Translations under genes and position numbers: made by a program
Part shown: positions 47,009 through 59,547 of the stretch, one piece after another
Layout of the letters: each line of letters starts with the position of its first letter
Numbering within the stretch: position 1 is the stretch's first letter
Source: Vicugna vicugna
Taxonomy: Eukaryota
Direction: 5' to 3'
Length of the DNA stretch: 64,000 nt
Assembly (NCBI GenBank): GCA_013265495.1
Contig: MU057796.1
Coordinates: 1 to 64,000, forward strand
The notes under the pieces: generated by a model
Database searches by the model: none
What the model was told of the DNA's origin: nothing
What the model saw: the letters and a program-made list of their open reading frames with translations, nothing else

Positions 47009-47504
47009 TAGACACAACTCAGATATTGTAGGTTCAATTCCAAACTGCCATGCTAAAGCGAATATCACAGTAAAGCAGGTGACATGGATTTGTTGGTTTC
47101 TCAGTGCACATGAAAGTTATGTTTACACTATGCTGAAGTCCATTAAGTGTGCGATAGCATTATGTCTGAAAAAACAATATATAGGTACCTTAATTTAAAA
47201 ATCCCTTATTGCAAAAAATTGCTGACCATCATCTGAGCCCTCGGTGAATTGTAACACCAAAGATTACTGATCATTTTAATGTTTGTAATAATAATAGTAA
47301 TAATAATAATGATGATGATGATGCTTGAAATATTACAAGAATTAGCAAAATGTGACACAGAGACATGAAGTGAGCAAATGCTGTCGGAAGTACAGCACGG
47401 ACAGACTTGCTGGATGCAGGGTGGCCACAAACTGTCACTTTACAAAAAACACAGTATCTGTGAAGCACAGTAAAGCAAAAGCATGATAAAACAAGGTCTG
47501 CCTG
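47009..47504. mobile_element. Tigger1-derived non-autonomous DNA transposon (about 500 bp, both ends, TA flanks)
   Basis: Starts tagacacaactcagatattgtaggttc and ends aaacaaggtctgcctg/TA. Contains an internal (TAA)n(GAT)n tract at about 47286-47322. Confidence 0.85.
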
Positions 47505-48081
47505 TATAACCAAAAGGATTCAGATTCAAAGTATCAGTTCTTTTGTTTTAAAAAGAAATGCTACATCATCTTCCTACTAAACATTTTCATTTCTAAAGCT
47601 CAGATCAGCTAGGAAGTGATGTGTTTTGTGCTATACTTGCATCCTAGAATGCATTTTCCTTGTTCTGGCCTTATCAGTTGTGACAAAATTGGCAGTAGAG
47701 CCTTAGAACAGGATAGACAGGGGACTTTGGTTGTGTCCTGGGAAGAATAATTGCTGGACGTCTTTGTCCATAAAACTTTGGACTGTAGACCAGGAGCCTG
47801 AAATTGAATTTCCTCAGTAGGACTTTTAGGGAAAGGGTTTTGGTGAGTCTCCTGCCAAGTAAACCACATACAACTCTGCTGCGTTAACATCTCTGTCCGT
47901 CTCTTTCATAGGCAAACATGTTACAGGAAGCCGTTTCACACACTGCCTTTGCTATTTTGAAATATACCAAACAGAAAAAAATAGAATCGACTGATCCACT
48001 GACACCTTCACTAATTTCATCCTTGATTGATATAGATTGACAGGTAATCGGATAGCTTCAGCAGACGCTGTAGAAAGAATC

Positions 48082-48300
48082 AGAGGTCTGGAGTCAGAAA
48101 GAAGCCTTAGACTCACATTCCCCCTCTGACATTTTCTGATCTTAAGCGTGTTACTTAATTTCCCCAAGTTTGCATTTCTTTACTTATAAAGTGATGTTAA
48201 TTATTGACCTTAGGGTTGGCTGGAGAATCAAAGGATGATGCTTTTTACAGGTGATTGGTAACTGATAAGGGCTACACAAGTGTGCATTTCTACCATTACC
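48082..48300 (+). mobile_element. MIR SINE
   Basis: tctggagtcaga...gatcttaagcgtgttacttaatt...ttagggttggctggagaatcaaa. Confidence 0.6.
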
Positions 48301-48834
48301 ACGTTAATGAGATCCATTTAGTGCTGGTTCTGAGATGTGCTTCCAGTACCGGGTGAGTGAGGCAGTACTAATTTTACTTGTGCAATGTCCTTACCTTTCT
48401 TCACTCCTGTTTTACTTTGATGAAGAATGATGTTGATTGGATCAGGTTTAGATCAGATTGGACAAGTGATGACAACACATTGTCAAGGTAGAATTTTGGG
48501 AGGTTCTGATGCTAATGGTTCTCTCAGCCTTGGACGGGTCATCTTTGTGTCTAGTAAGCAAATACCTAGAAAAATGAAGCAAATGCTACATTTGCAAGAA
48601 TTCCTTCCAGATTTACTTCCTTCCTCCCTCCCTCCCTAATTTCTTGGGCCAGTGTACAGTCACTGACGTGGCTTGTATACCACTGATGACTTGGGGTGCA
48701 TGTTTTTAAAACAAATCACATGACTCAGAAGATCCTTAAGGTTGTGCTGTGGTTACTGGGCGGGACTGACTTCTTAGATTTGATTTGTGTTGTTTGGATG
48801 ACCTTCACGTTTTTCCCCCACTCCTTCCTTTTAG

Positions 48835-48967
48835 GAAACTTGGATTTAACTGGTCAGAAGCAGATATTCAAAGCAGAGAACAATCCTTGGGTTACCCCTA
48901 TCGCTGACCAGTTCCAGCTTGGCGTGTCTCATGTTTTTGAATATATCCGTTCTGAGACGTACAAATA
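48835..48967 (+). CDS. RSU1: RSU1 coding exon (exon 8 equivalent, 133 nt), NLDLTGQKQIFKAENNPWVTPIADQFQLGVSHVFEYIRSETYK(Y)
   Basis: Acceptor ccactccttccttttag ends at 48834; donor TA|gtaagt starts at 48968. RSU1 C-terminal cap peptide, following a 33,048-nt intron. Confidence 0.97.
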
Positions 48968-51900
48968 GTAAGTAGACTACGATCTTCTAAAATTGCAGAC
49001 TGGTTTTATAGTATTTGTAATTATGCCGCTAAAAAAAAAATCACCAACTATCTGTGACCTTGTCATTGGTGGCATTCAGCTCAGAGCACTTTTAACTTTT
49101 TAAATTAATAACCACATGTAGTAACTGCTTCTGTTACTTATAGATTGTTTTTAATTGACATTTTCAAAGGGAATCTATACCAATTTTGTTTAGAAAATTT
49201 TTAAGGTCTTAAATTGGTTGACTATGCGTGGTGCTAAGGAAACTCACCAGACACATGAAGATCAGAACATACTTTTTTCTCCTTTGAAGGCAAGGAATAA
49301 CACAAGTTACAAACAAAATTGTTAAGCAGTTTATTTATAAAATCAGTAGAGAATACTAAGACAGGCATCATTCTATTCTTTAGAAGCTTTTTGCTCCAGT
49401 GAGATAATAATCTCTCTCAGAGAAGAGATAAGGCAGATAAAGAGGAGGAAGAATCAGGTAGCTTAAGTCACTGCATCAAAACCTTTCCAGTCCTCATGTC
49501 TGCTCAAGGGCATCTGCGGGCAGCCAGCCCTAAAACCTAGCCCTTCCCACGACTTTCTTCCTCAGTGTGTCTGGGTTGAAAGGAAACCTACCACCCCCAT
49601 CTGCTCAGTTGTTGCTGTATCTTCTGTCATTACTTTCCCCCTCGCCCTACCCCTGACCGCCAAATTGAAGTGATCATTTATCTCAAAGCTTCATGACCCC
49701 CTCATGCTGAAATCTAGTCAACTCTAGTTTGAAGTGAATGCAAAAGATGTGCAAAAAAAAAAATCTGTAGTCAGCTTTAATCTGTTTTTGTGTCTGATAC
49801 CAACTTTTGGGAATTTAACATGCCAGCTGTTAGAGAAGAGGTGGCTCATGTTCAGTTTGGAGTCCCCCTTCTCTTTTGATTATCAGAAATATCGCCCCCC
49901 AGCTCAGCACACCTCTCTCTGAATCTGAGTTGGGTCAGAGGGGCAGTATTACATCTGGCAGGGCAGAGTCCTTGCCCGGGAATGGCCAGCTGTGGTTCTG
50001 ATAACACACTCCCCATAAGCCGTGCTCCCGGCCACACACCTGGGACTTCTTATGGTCATGTTTCCACTTGACAGAATCACAGAGAAGATGAGCTGGGAAA
50101 GAATAATGGTCCTCAAGCAAATATAGACTAAAATTGCCCAAATGATAGCATATCCTTGTATATGAGTGCAGCTTAAAGCATGGTTTAGATTTCAAGAGAA
50201 TATTGTGACATTTATAATGTCTTCAGATGTACCTTAATAGTAAAATGAGAGATGTATAGAATGTGTGTTCATTGTTTCAGGAACCACATAGACGTGTGCA
50301 ATTATTATAGATACATATTTTTTTAGGAATTTGAACACAGCTCAGCCTTGAAAATTCGTTTAGTTAATTATGAAAAGGTGTGAAAATATAATTGCAAATT
50401 ATTAATTTATTGTTCATTTGGTTTCTCTTAAACTGTTAATTGTTACTAGCATCAGTTTTAGGTGAGGCTCTGATGTTTAGTTGGTAAATAGAAGGCTTCA
50501 TAGACCTTGGTTTGTTGGGTGTGCTTTTAGCAAACCATTGTACGTGGTAACTGCAGAAAAATAAAAAAGTTCCTGTCAATCTAGAATTGGGGAAAATGCT
50601 CTGTTGTTTATTCTGTGTAACACTTTTTTAATTTACCATACATTCATTTGGAATTTACAGAGAATTAGAATACATTGTGTATGCAAGTGCTTCTAATTTT
50701 AATTTCCTTTTGAAAGATCACATTGTGAATGTATGGATTTTGTATTACCTCAGCGTCATTATTAGGCAGTTAATCACCGCTATATGCCATTCCAAACCAC
50801 TTCCGTTTATTTGAGCATTGTTAGGACGAATGAGAAGTGTTGCTTGATTGAGTTAATTGGTACCTTATTTGAAAGGGATTCTGTGACACAACATTTTATT
50901 TGAGGTATGTATTCTTACCTGTTTTATTAGCATCTTACATTTGAGGATCAGAGTAGTCTAAGCAGTTTGCCTACTAGTTTATTTTTTATGTGTTTGCTTT
51001 CCTCATGGAGAATTATATTATCTTTTGTCCAGTTAAGTCAATGTTAAAAAGCGTAAGTAAGCATAGGAGAGCCATTGTCCCCTTTTGGGGGGACCAGTTA
51101 GTACCCTGTTGGCTGCTTTTAGAGGCATATATGTGAGCCTCTGCTGGGCGAATGCACTTGACATTGAACTCCTCAAGGGCAGGGACCTCCCTTAGAGTGA
51201 ATTTCTAGGGTTCTCCCCTCCCCTCCTCTGGAAAGAGAACTTACCTGCTTCCTGTGTTACAGCTTTCTGTCCTCCCGTTCTCCTATACAACATTCCTTTA
51301 TCAAACGCCCTAGCCTGAAACATGGACTGTTAACTAAATAAGACCCTACCTCAAGCTCTTAGTCTTTAAAAAATATACTCATGCAACAATGCCACCACTA
51401 TGTTACACAGATTTTTTTTAAATTTAAGGTTCTCTTTTATATGAATAGACGTATGTTGGTATATCCTCATGTAACTAGAATCTAACTTAATTCTTTAATT
51501 TAAGTGGCACTTCATAATTAGCAGACTTTTAGTAGCCTTCTCAACTCTCTTGAAAAAAAATAATCTAATTAGCAGGTACTTGGCTACTTTTTTAAAGCTG
51601 TCCAGGTAACAGCCTTTAAGGAGGCAGTTCATTTGCTACACTCGTATTTTTTTAAACAAAGGAAGTGTCTTATTCGGTACCTTTGTCTTAGATCCTTTAT
51701 TCTAAAAGCTGTAGTTTCTAATCTTCACTATCTTGTCTCTTTTCGTATGAGTCACATACACCCTCTCCAATTAAAAAATCTTTAATTGATCTTTAGACTG
51801 TCATAAAAGCATCCTTTAATGTTTGGTTATGGCATTTGAAATACCAATGAGTCTGCTTTCTTTTCTTCTTATTTTCTTCTTCCTAACCAATCGACCCATT

Positions 51901-54900
51901 ACCTAAATGAGAGCATTAAAACTCACCAGCATGTTTCATTTTCCTTCACGTCCACTGTCAACGTTCAAGGTGACCTTCCTATTCTAAGCTCATCCTCCGA
52001 GGGCCTCCTGAGTCTAGGGCAGGGATGGGCAGGGAAGATGGATGATCTGATTTCCAGACTCAAAGGGACTCCATGTTGAGGCATGGGTGTTTGAAACACA
52101 ACCGTGAAGTCGGTGTTTAGGAAGAATTAAAATACTTGGCAATGATTTAACTTGATAAGTGTGGGCAGTTAAGCAGGGGAGGGATGTGGGCAGCTGTGCT
52201 GGGAGGAGGCTGAGGTGTAATTCTTCAAGAGTCTGTTCTTCTGAGTACATTTGGAGCGTTCATCATGTCCTCGTCATTTCTGGGATGGAGATGGCTCTTT
52301 GTTCATCTGTTGTCCTTTCAGGACAGGGAACATGTTGGCTGCTGTGGCTGCATTGACCGGTCATTGTCAGTTACTCCCTCTGTTAAAATGCTTCGCTGGG
52401 TCTGGATGTAGAGGATCTAACCCTACAAACACGTTAGCGTTTTCAGACGGTTGCTGAGCCACTTCTGCTTCTGTGAAGCAGAATTAGGGTAGGCCAGTCA
52501 CCACTGCTTCTTAAGTTTCTGGAAGGCAGGCTCCCCCCCCCCGCCCCCCTCCAGCTTCCCCAGGAGGGGAAGTCAGATTGGAGTCAGGATCCTTGACAAG
52601 ATTCTTTGTGAAAGGGAGTAAGTCACACTTTTCACATTTCCATCAAGGAGGGTGGATAGGAACCGCAAGCCATTTTAAAAGCTGACAAGTTAACTCTTCA
52701 CAAAAGAAGAGGTTTGACAAATGTTAAGCTGAAAACGTGTTGGTTGAAAGTGGCGTCTGGAAAACAGGCCGCGTCGTGAAGGCTGCAATTTGTAAAGCCT
52801 CATTTCCAGGCTGGCGTTACTCGAAGGGTGCGTCTGCGTCACCCTTCCTTCCTGGGACTGTCTTTTATCTGCAGGGAACGCTTGCCACACTCAACTCGCT
52901 CTTCTATTTTGTTTCTTAGTCTTAAACGAAGATGCTTCATTCATAACTATTATTAACATTACCTAACGGAAACGTTTTAGCAGAGCAGTGTTTGGTGAGT
53001 GGTGAGCATTGATGAGGAAAATGCAGGCAATTTCTTTTCACTGGAAATCTGGCAAAAATAAATCACCCTGTTTGGTTTGTAAGGAGAAATGAATACTTGG
53101 ATCTGCTGCTTACTGTGTCTCAAAATGTTTTACTCGTAGAATTAAAACGAAGTAATGTTTTCTTTTTTCTGCACTGTGGGCAAACCTGTTTAAAGCCGTT
53201 GTGGGTATAAATGGGTTTTATTAAACAACTACTATGTTCTCAAATAGCTGCAAACTCAGTGCCCTAGAAGAGCCTTAAATCACAGCTATATCTGGTCTAC
53301 CAAAAGGCTGAAGAATTTCAAACTTAATAGCTGATCCCAGCCATTTTAAGACAGCCCTTTGCAGAAGGAAATTCTAACAAGCCTCTCTAAAACTTACTGT
53401 TTTTCTGGTGGGGTAGAAACGGTTCCACAGAACTAGCAGATGGTTTTAGAAATATCACAGAAGGCTGGAGGAGAGGGTTAATCTGCCAGGACCTTGCGAG
53501 CAGTCAGTGAATTTTCACACGGTGACAATGCATATGCAAGATTACAAAGATGTCTTTCACGATGATGTCTGAAAGTAGCTCAAAGTAAGCCAGAGAAACC
53601 CAGTATTTCCTTATAGTAGAGATGAAAACGGAGAGCCGTTTTTTTCCCCCCTAAAGCTTTTGACAGAAAGATTGTTTTTATTTTTGAAAGTTGACTATGT
53701 GTTGTGTTCCTGGTAATTTGTTTCCTTTATGGATGCTACATATGTATATTGCAGTTCTTTTTTTAAGTTAATAAATGTAGTATCACATTTCCTTCATAAT
53801 ATGAAATAGGATTCAGACTTTTGACATTTCTGGACCCGAGCGCATGCAAATGCAGCTCATTTCATGAACCTTGCTAAGAAAAACCAAAGAGAAAAGGGAA
53901 ACCTATAAACTATGTTGGGTTCGGGGCAGTACTGTGTCATACCCCTTATTCTGTGTTCACTTTAAATGATAAATTACATAGCATTCCTTTTTCTCCATGT
54001 AGTATGTTACCAGCGTGCAGAGTTAAGAAATTTTCATTGCCCTGAGTAGATTACAAATCGGGACGTAATATCAGCTCAGTCTTAGTCTCTCACCTGTTTT
54101 CTCTGTGTGGCCATGAGCTACTAATTGTGCTGGTAAATTAATCCCTCTCCTCTTAAGGGAACAGGGGAAAAGCGGACTACTTGAGCATGAGAGCATCACA
54201 GTTTTCTTTCGCTTCCAAGTTTTTTGACAAATTGCCTGATGTCATCCACATTTAAAAGGAGTTTCGCTTTTCTGCTTTTTCTCTTTGTTTAGCACTGTTA
54301 TTCAGATACACTTCAGGGGTCATTAGTATTTTCCCTTTTTCTTCTGCATGTTCATTTCTTTCGTCTTTACATACCTTTGGAAGCTTTTCTATAACTTTAT
54401 AGCTTATGCAGAACACGTCAGATCTTTAAATGGATGGCGTTTTCCATTTGATGTTTCCAGTGTACCAGGGTCGGGGAGGGTTGCAGTGGGGAACCTCTAC
54501 CCTCTAACCTTATAAAGGTCAAAGGTAAACTCTGCCAGGCTTTGAAAACCAACTTCAGGAGGCTCAGCTGGGATTCCTGAAAGCATCTAGGAAACCCCAT
54601 CTTACACGTATGATGGAATGTCCTTCTCTCTGACGTGCCTCAGATACAAATGCAGCCTTGGGAAAGGCTGGTCCTCTGATGTGGTCACACGTCAGACACA
54701 CTGTGCTGGGCGAGCTCTGTGAGATCAAGTTTGACCAATGAGCTGGGGCTCTGTCGGTCTTTCTGCTTTTTGCTCAGTGACTACAGCACTTAACATTAAA
54801 GAGCTGTGAACAAATTTAGAGGGGCAGATAGGAAAAAACACAGCTGCTCCATCCAAGGGAGAAGAGTGATGTTTATCCTGAACCTCACACTGCAGAGAGC

Positions 54901-54964
54901 TTTTACATACGATTTTAAAGAGCAGAACAGTTCTGTTTCTTTCCCTCACTGCTTTTTAGAAAAT

Positions 54965-55120
54965 ATTTTATTTATTTATCTCTTGTTTGTTTTTGTTTTG
55001 GGGGGAGATAATTAGGTTTACTTATTTACTTAGTTTTTTTTAATGGCGTTCCTGGGGATGGAACCCAGGACCTCATACACGCTAAGCACACGCTCTGGCA
55101 CTGAGCATATACACCCCCTT
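54965..55120 (-). mobile_element. tRNA-derived SINE (Vic-1-like)
   Basis: gggggagataattaggtttacttattt...cctggggatggaacccaggacctcatacacgctaagcacacgctctggcactgagc. Same structure as 13937-14080, on the opposite strand. Confidence 0.87.
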
Positions 55121-56167
55121 CCCACACCGTTTATCCCCCCTTGTGTGTGACTCACATGTGCATTCAGCCTCAGCTGTAATGTACAGCATGATACATTACA
55201 GGATCAGTTTAAGGTAAACAGAATATAGATAATTTGTCCCTCTTGACAGAAGGAAACTAAAACATAGTCTACACTGCATCTACACTCCAGAAAGGAAATG
55301 TTTCCGGTTACTTCCTCTTCAAAGAGTTCCATTCTTAGACGATACTCACTTGAAATAATCGTATTGAACTGTATTGACCTCCTCAAAGACACGAGATCTG
55401 TCCGCCGTACATATTGATAACCTTTATTAACTCCCAGCCGTGCTTGATGCTTTCTGTCCAGCTACGATGAGTTATTGCCTGCCTCTGTTGTTTTTATTTG
55501 AGAGAGAAATTAATAAGGGGCACGTTATAATCAAACAAAGCTGTGACTTCTATTCTCTGCACAGTTATATCTTGTTTTATGACACACTGGCTTTTTATTG
55601 AGCTCTGGTCTCTTATCCTAGTCGGGCACTGTTGGAGGTTTTGGTTTTTTTCACTTTTTTTTTTTTTTTTGTAATTTCTTGGCAGTTCAGGGTTCTCCTA
55701 TGATGTCGGATATTTTGGTTTAGGATGCATAATATTGTGAAAGGAGTTTCTGTCAGATTTATCAGGTAGAAAGCTTGAATGTGAGTTTTATGTCCACTCA
55801 CGTTTATTGATGCCCCCAACTTACTTGCCAACCATTAAGGAAACAGCTTTCCGAGTTTTATTCTATTGTGTTTGTGTATCATTCTGTATTTGTTCTTTAA
55901 GACTTCTGGTGTTAAAAGCTTGTGGTCAAGAAAATACAGTTTCCCATTGTAATAGTTAATTTTTAAATAGTCTCATTTGGAACACATCAATTTTATCAGC
56001 TTGGGAATGTATGTGCTTTTCTTCCTCCATCCAATTAGGTAGTGTTTGTTTAGGAATTGAGGTTTTGGTTATTTTGCATGGCAAGGTTACTGAATAAGCA
56101 CCCTGCCTTTTTCTTTTTTTTCCTGCTTATATCTAATTTTGTCCAATTTTGTCTGTGTAAGCCACCC

Positions 56168-56523
56168 AGCAGAAATGTAATTGTCTAACAATTCTAGAGA
56201 TCTGAAGTCCAAAGTCAAGGTGTGGGCAAGGTTGTTTTTCTTGAGGGCTGAGGGGGAAGGATGTGTTCCAGGCCTCTTTCCTTGACTTCTGGGTGGCTGT
56301 GTTCTCCCTGCGTCTTCATGGTCATCCCTCTGTGTGTGTCTGCTTCTGTGTCCAACTTTCCCCTTTTTGAAAGGACACCAGTCATGTTGGATTAGGACCC
56401 ACTCTAATGACCTCACCTTAATTTGATTATCCTGTAAAGACCCTAGAATCTTCAAATATGGTCACATTCTGAGGTACTAGCGGTGAGGATTTCCACATGA
56501 ATTTCTGAGGGGAACTCATAACA
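56168..56523 (-). mobile_element. MLT1A/B-like solo LTR
   Basis: gaagtccaaagtcaaggtgtgggcaagg...aaggacaccagtcatgttggattaggaccca...ggtcacattctgaggtactag. Confidence 0.85.
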
Positions 56524-59195
56524 CTTGTTACTCAAATGCATTCAGTTCTTAGTCAGTTTGTTCCATCACCCCCTTTCCTCTTTCCTTCCATAGCCCCCAC
56601 AGCCTCACAGGTATGAGTATGTTCTGTTTATTAGTAAGTGTATTTAAATGACTCTGGAAAGTCGAATCCCTCCCTCCCCCTGGCCCACCACCATGCCTTT
56701 CTTAATGTGTTTGGCTCTCAGACTTACGTTCCTTCAAAACGTGCAGACTCACCACTGTTTCATTTTAGGGGCACAGAGGGCACGTTCTTTTATTTTTTTG
56801 GCAGAGGGGTCAGTGTTTTTGTTTCTAATCATCTCTTAAGAATGGGCTATGTAAAAACTGAAGCTGGCTGGAATTTGAAAATCCTTTGGGAATGAAAGGC
56901 CCCCACTCCCCGTTTCTTCTACAAGAACCTTACTGCTGGGAAATGCAGTGTGGGCCACCTTTGTGCCTCCTGGCTACTCTTTGCAGTGGGTACCCCACTA
57001 GTAAGCATGGAACCTTCTCCCTGTGACTTTGTGGTCCTGCCTGGTAGCTACCGGTGTTTTGCCCTGTGAGGTGTGGAGTCAGGAATTTCCTGTCTCGTCT
57101 TGGGGTTCCAGTAACCACATCTAGAGCCCTTCTGACATTTGTTCCATTTTCCTACCTTGTCTCAGGAGGTCTCTGGAGTCTTTCTGGGCAAGATCAAGAC
57201 TCCTGATAACAGGGCACAGAATTCTCTTCTCGGGTAACTAAACCTGGTTCGTGTCCCCAGCGTCCCCAGAGACGGAGAGCATGTTTTCATATGATGCACC
57301 GTGACATCAAGACGCAGTGGCACGCTCCACTGCGAAGCTGTGAGGAAAGAGAAGAGGGCATGAAATCTGTTCTTAAAGAACCGGTCTTAGAAGTGGCTTC
57401 TGGTCCCAGCCCTGTCAGTGGCAAATGACCGAGTCACACCCATCCTCACCTTCCCCATCTTAAAAGCAAGAGGTTCAAACTAGGTTATCGCTAAAAATCA
57501 TCTCAGCAGTGACTGCTAATTCTCAGTTCTCTATTTTTCTGGAAAAGATGTTTTATTGTCTGTATCATTTCATTATTTTTTTTAATGTAGTTTAATTCTT
57601 GACTCTGCCCCCCCACCGCCGTGGGTTTACTTTATTGATTTTTTTTTAAAGGCCGCAGAAGATGATGATGACCCAGAATATAAATTGTTACAGGAAAATG
57701 GATACAAGATAAAATTACCAGATCAACCTTTTTATTCTATATTTTATGGAATGCCTAATATATGTTTGGCAGTAACTTATTCGTACACATGAATTCCTGA
57801 CACTTTCGATTCTTCAGACTTATTAATCAGTGTAGTCAGCACCAGAGCAATTTTATGAGCCTTACCAGTCATCAAAAATTTATTATCAGATAAATCAAAG
57901 AAACAACGAGCATCTTAATAGGGTAGAGAAAGTGGCATGTAAAGGATCGTTTAAGACTGTGCTTTTTTGTCGGTTGTGTGTTATATTTACAACCAGTATG
58001 CACGAACTTACTCATAATTTCATGCAAAGACCCAGCAGGGTGGTAGTTATCTTCCTGGGTAAAACCTTTTCTCTTTGTTTTCCTCTGGGAGAATGTTGGG
58101 TTTGATCTGACTGTAAGACTTGAGAACACTCTATATACAGGAGGTAGGAAACGTCGTGTTCTAATGTTAAGCTTACAGCGTTCTTTTAAAACAGTATCTA
58201 CCTTTTCTTCGGAATTTCATTACAGCTGTCATCCAGAGCCAAGACTTATCAAGCCTCAGTCCTTTCCCTTGGGACCAGGTGGCTAAACTTTCGCTCCTTG
58301 AAACGGCCTGGGGAAACAGCAGGAGACAAACTGCCTTTCCTGGGGATGGACTCCCTGGGTGCCTTCTGACAGATGTGAGACACGGGCTTTGTCTGCTGCC
58401 TTCCTGGCACTGTCTGAAGATACAGTAATTCTGATGCTACAGTAAGAGACATGTGAGATGGACCGCTTTGGGGGGTGGTTTTTCTGTCTCCCCGGCCCTG
58501 TCCTGAGTGTACCAAATCTCACCATCCTCTAGGACAGAAGGGTCGTGGCAGTGAGCTGGGTGAGAGCTGAGTGGGCACCGGAGGAGAGCCTGGATGGAGA
58601 CCCACTGGGAACGAAGCCAGAACGACAGGGCTGGGTTACTTCCTGCTAGAGATACAGCCTGCTTTCTGCCTGGGCTTCCCATAAATCCTGTTTCCTCTGC
58701 CTGGATTGTTCCTTCCTCATATTTACCCTTTGAACGTCCAGTTAGGCTTCAAGTACCATGTTAGATACTGCTGCCTCAGAGGCCTTCTTCCTGCGTGTTT
58801 CCCTACTGCCCGTTTGCTGTGAGCTCCTGTATCATCTCTCTTCCGAGTGTCGAATATTCCTTAGAGCAATTTTAATAGTAATAAAAGTCATAATAATAGC
58901 GATCAGTGACTGTTTACCATGTGGATGTCATGCTAAGCTCATGATATGTGGTATTCAGCATTTTATAACTCAGTATTTATTTCTGTGAACACTACCTATA
59001 TTTGGGAGAAGGGGTTATCAGTACGTGTTTTCTCTCCCTTAAGAGACTGTAACCTTCCAGGAAGCCACACTGAAGATTCCTTTACTTCTGAGCTATACAC
59101 GTGGCACCACCCTCAGTGTCTTGCAGGAATGGTCCGTCTCATGCAAGGAACCCTGTGACAGGTTGCCCTGATTTCAGAAAGCAAAAAACATTCTG

Positions 59196-59547
59196 TTATG
59201 AAAGGCGGGGCGAGAGATAAATTAGGAGTGTGGGGCTAATGGATACACACTGCTGTATATAAAATAAACAGCAAGGATTTACTATATAGCACAGGGAACT
59301 ATAATCAGTATCTTGTAATAACTTATAATGGAAAAGAGTCTGCAAAAAAGTGTGTGTGTACATATATACATACACACACATACAGCGTGCATTTGTGTGA
59401 ATGTGTGTGTGTGTGTGTTTATATATAAAACCAAAAACCAAATCACTTTACACATGAAACTAACACAAGGTTGTAAACCAACTATAAATGAAAATCAATT
59501 AACATTAAATAAATAATTACTAAAATAATAAAAGAAAGAAAGAAAAT
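59196..59547 (+). mobile_element. 5'-truncated L1 3' end with an internal TG/CA microsatellite
   Basis: gataaattaggagtgtgggg...tatagcacagggaactat...aactaacacaaggttgtaa, then an A-rich tail. TSD aaagcaaaaaacattctg (59178-59195) and aaagaaaaacccattctg (59548-59565). Confidence 0.88.
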
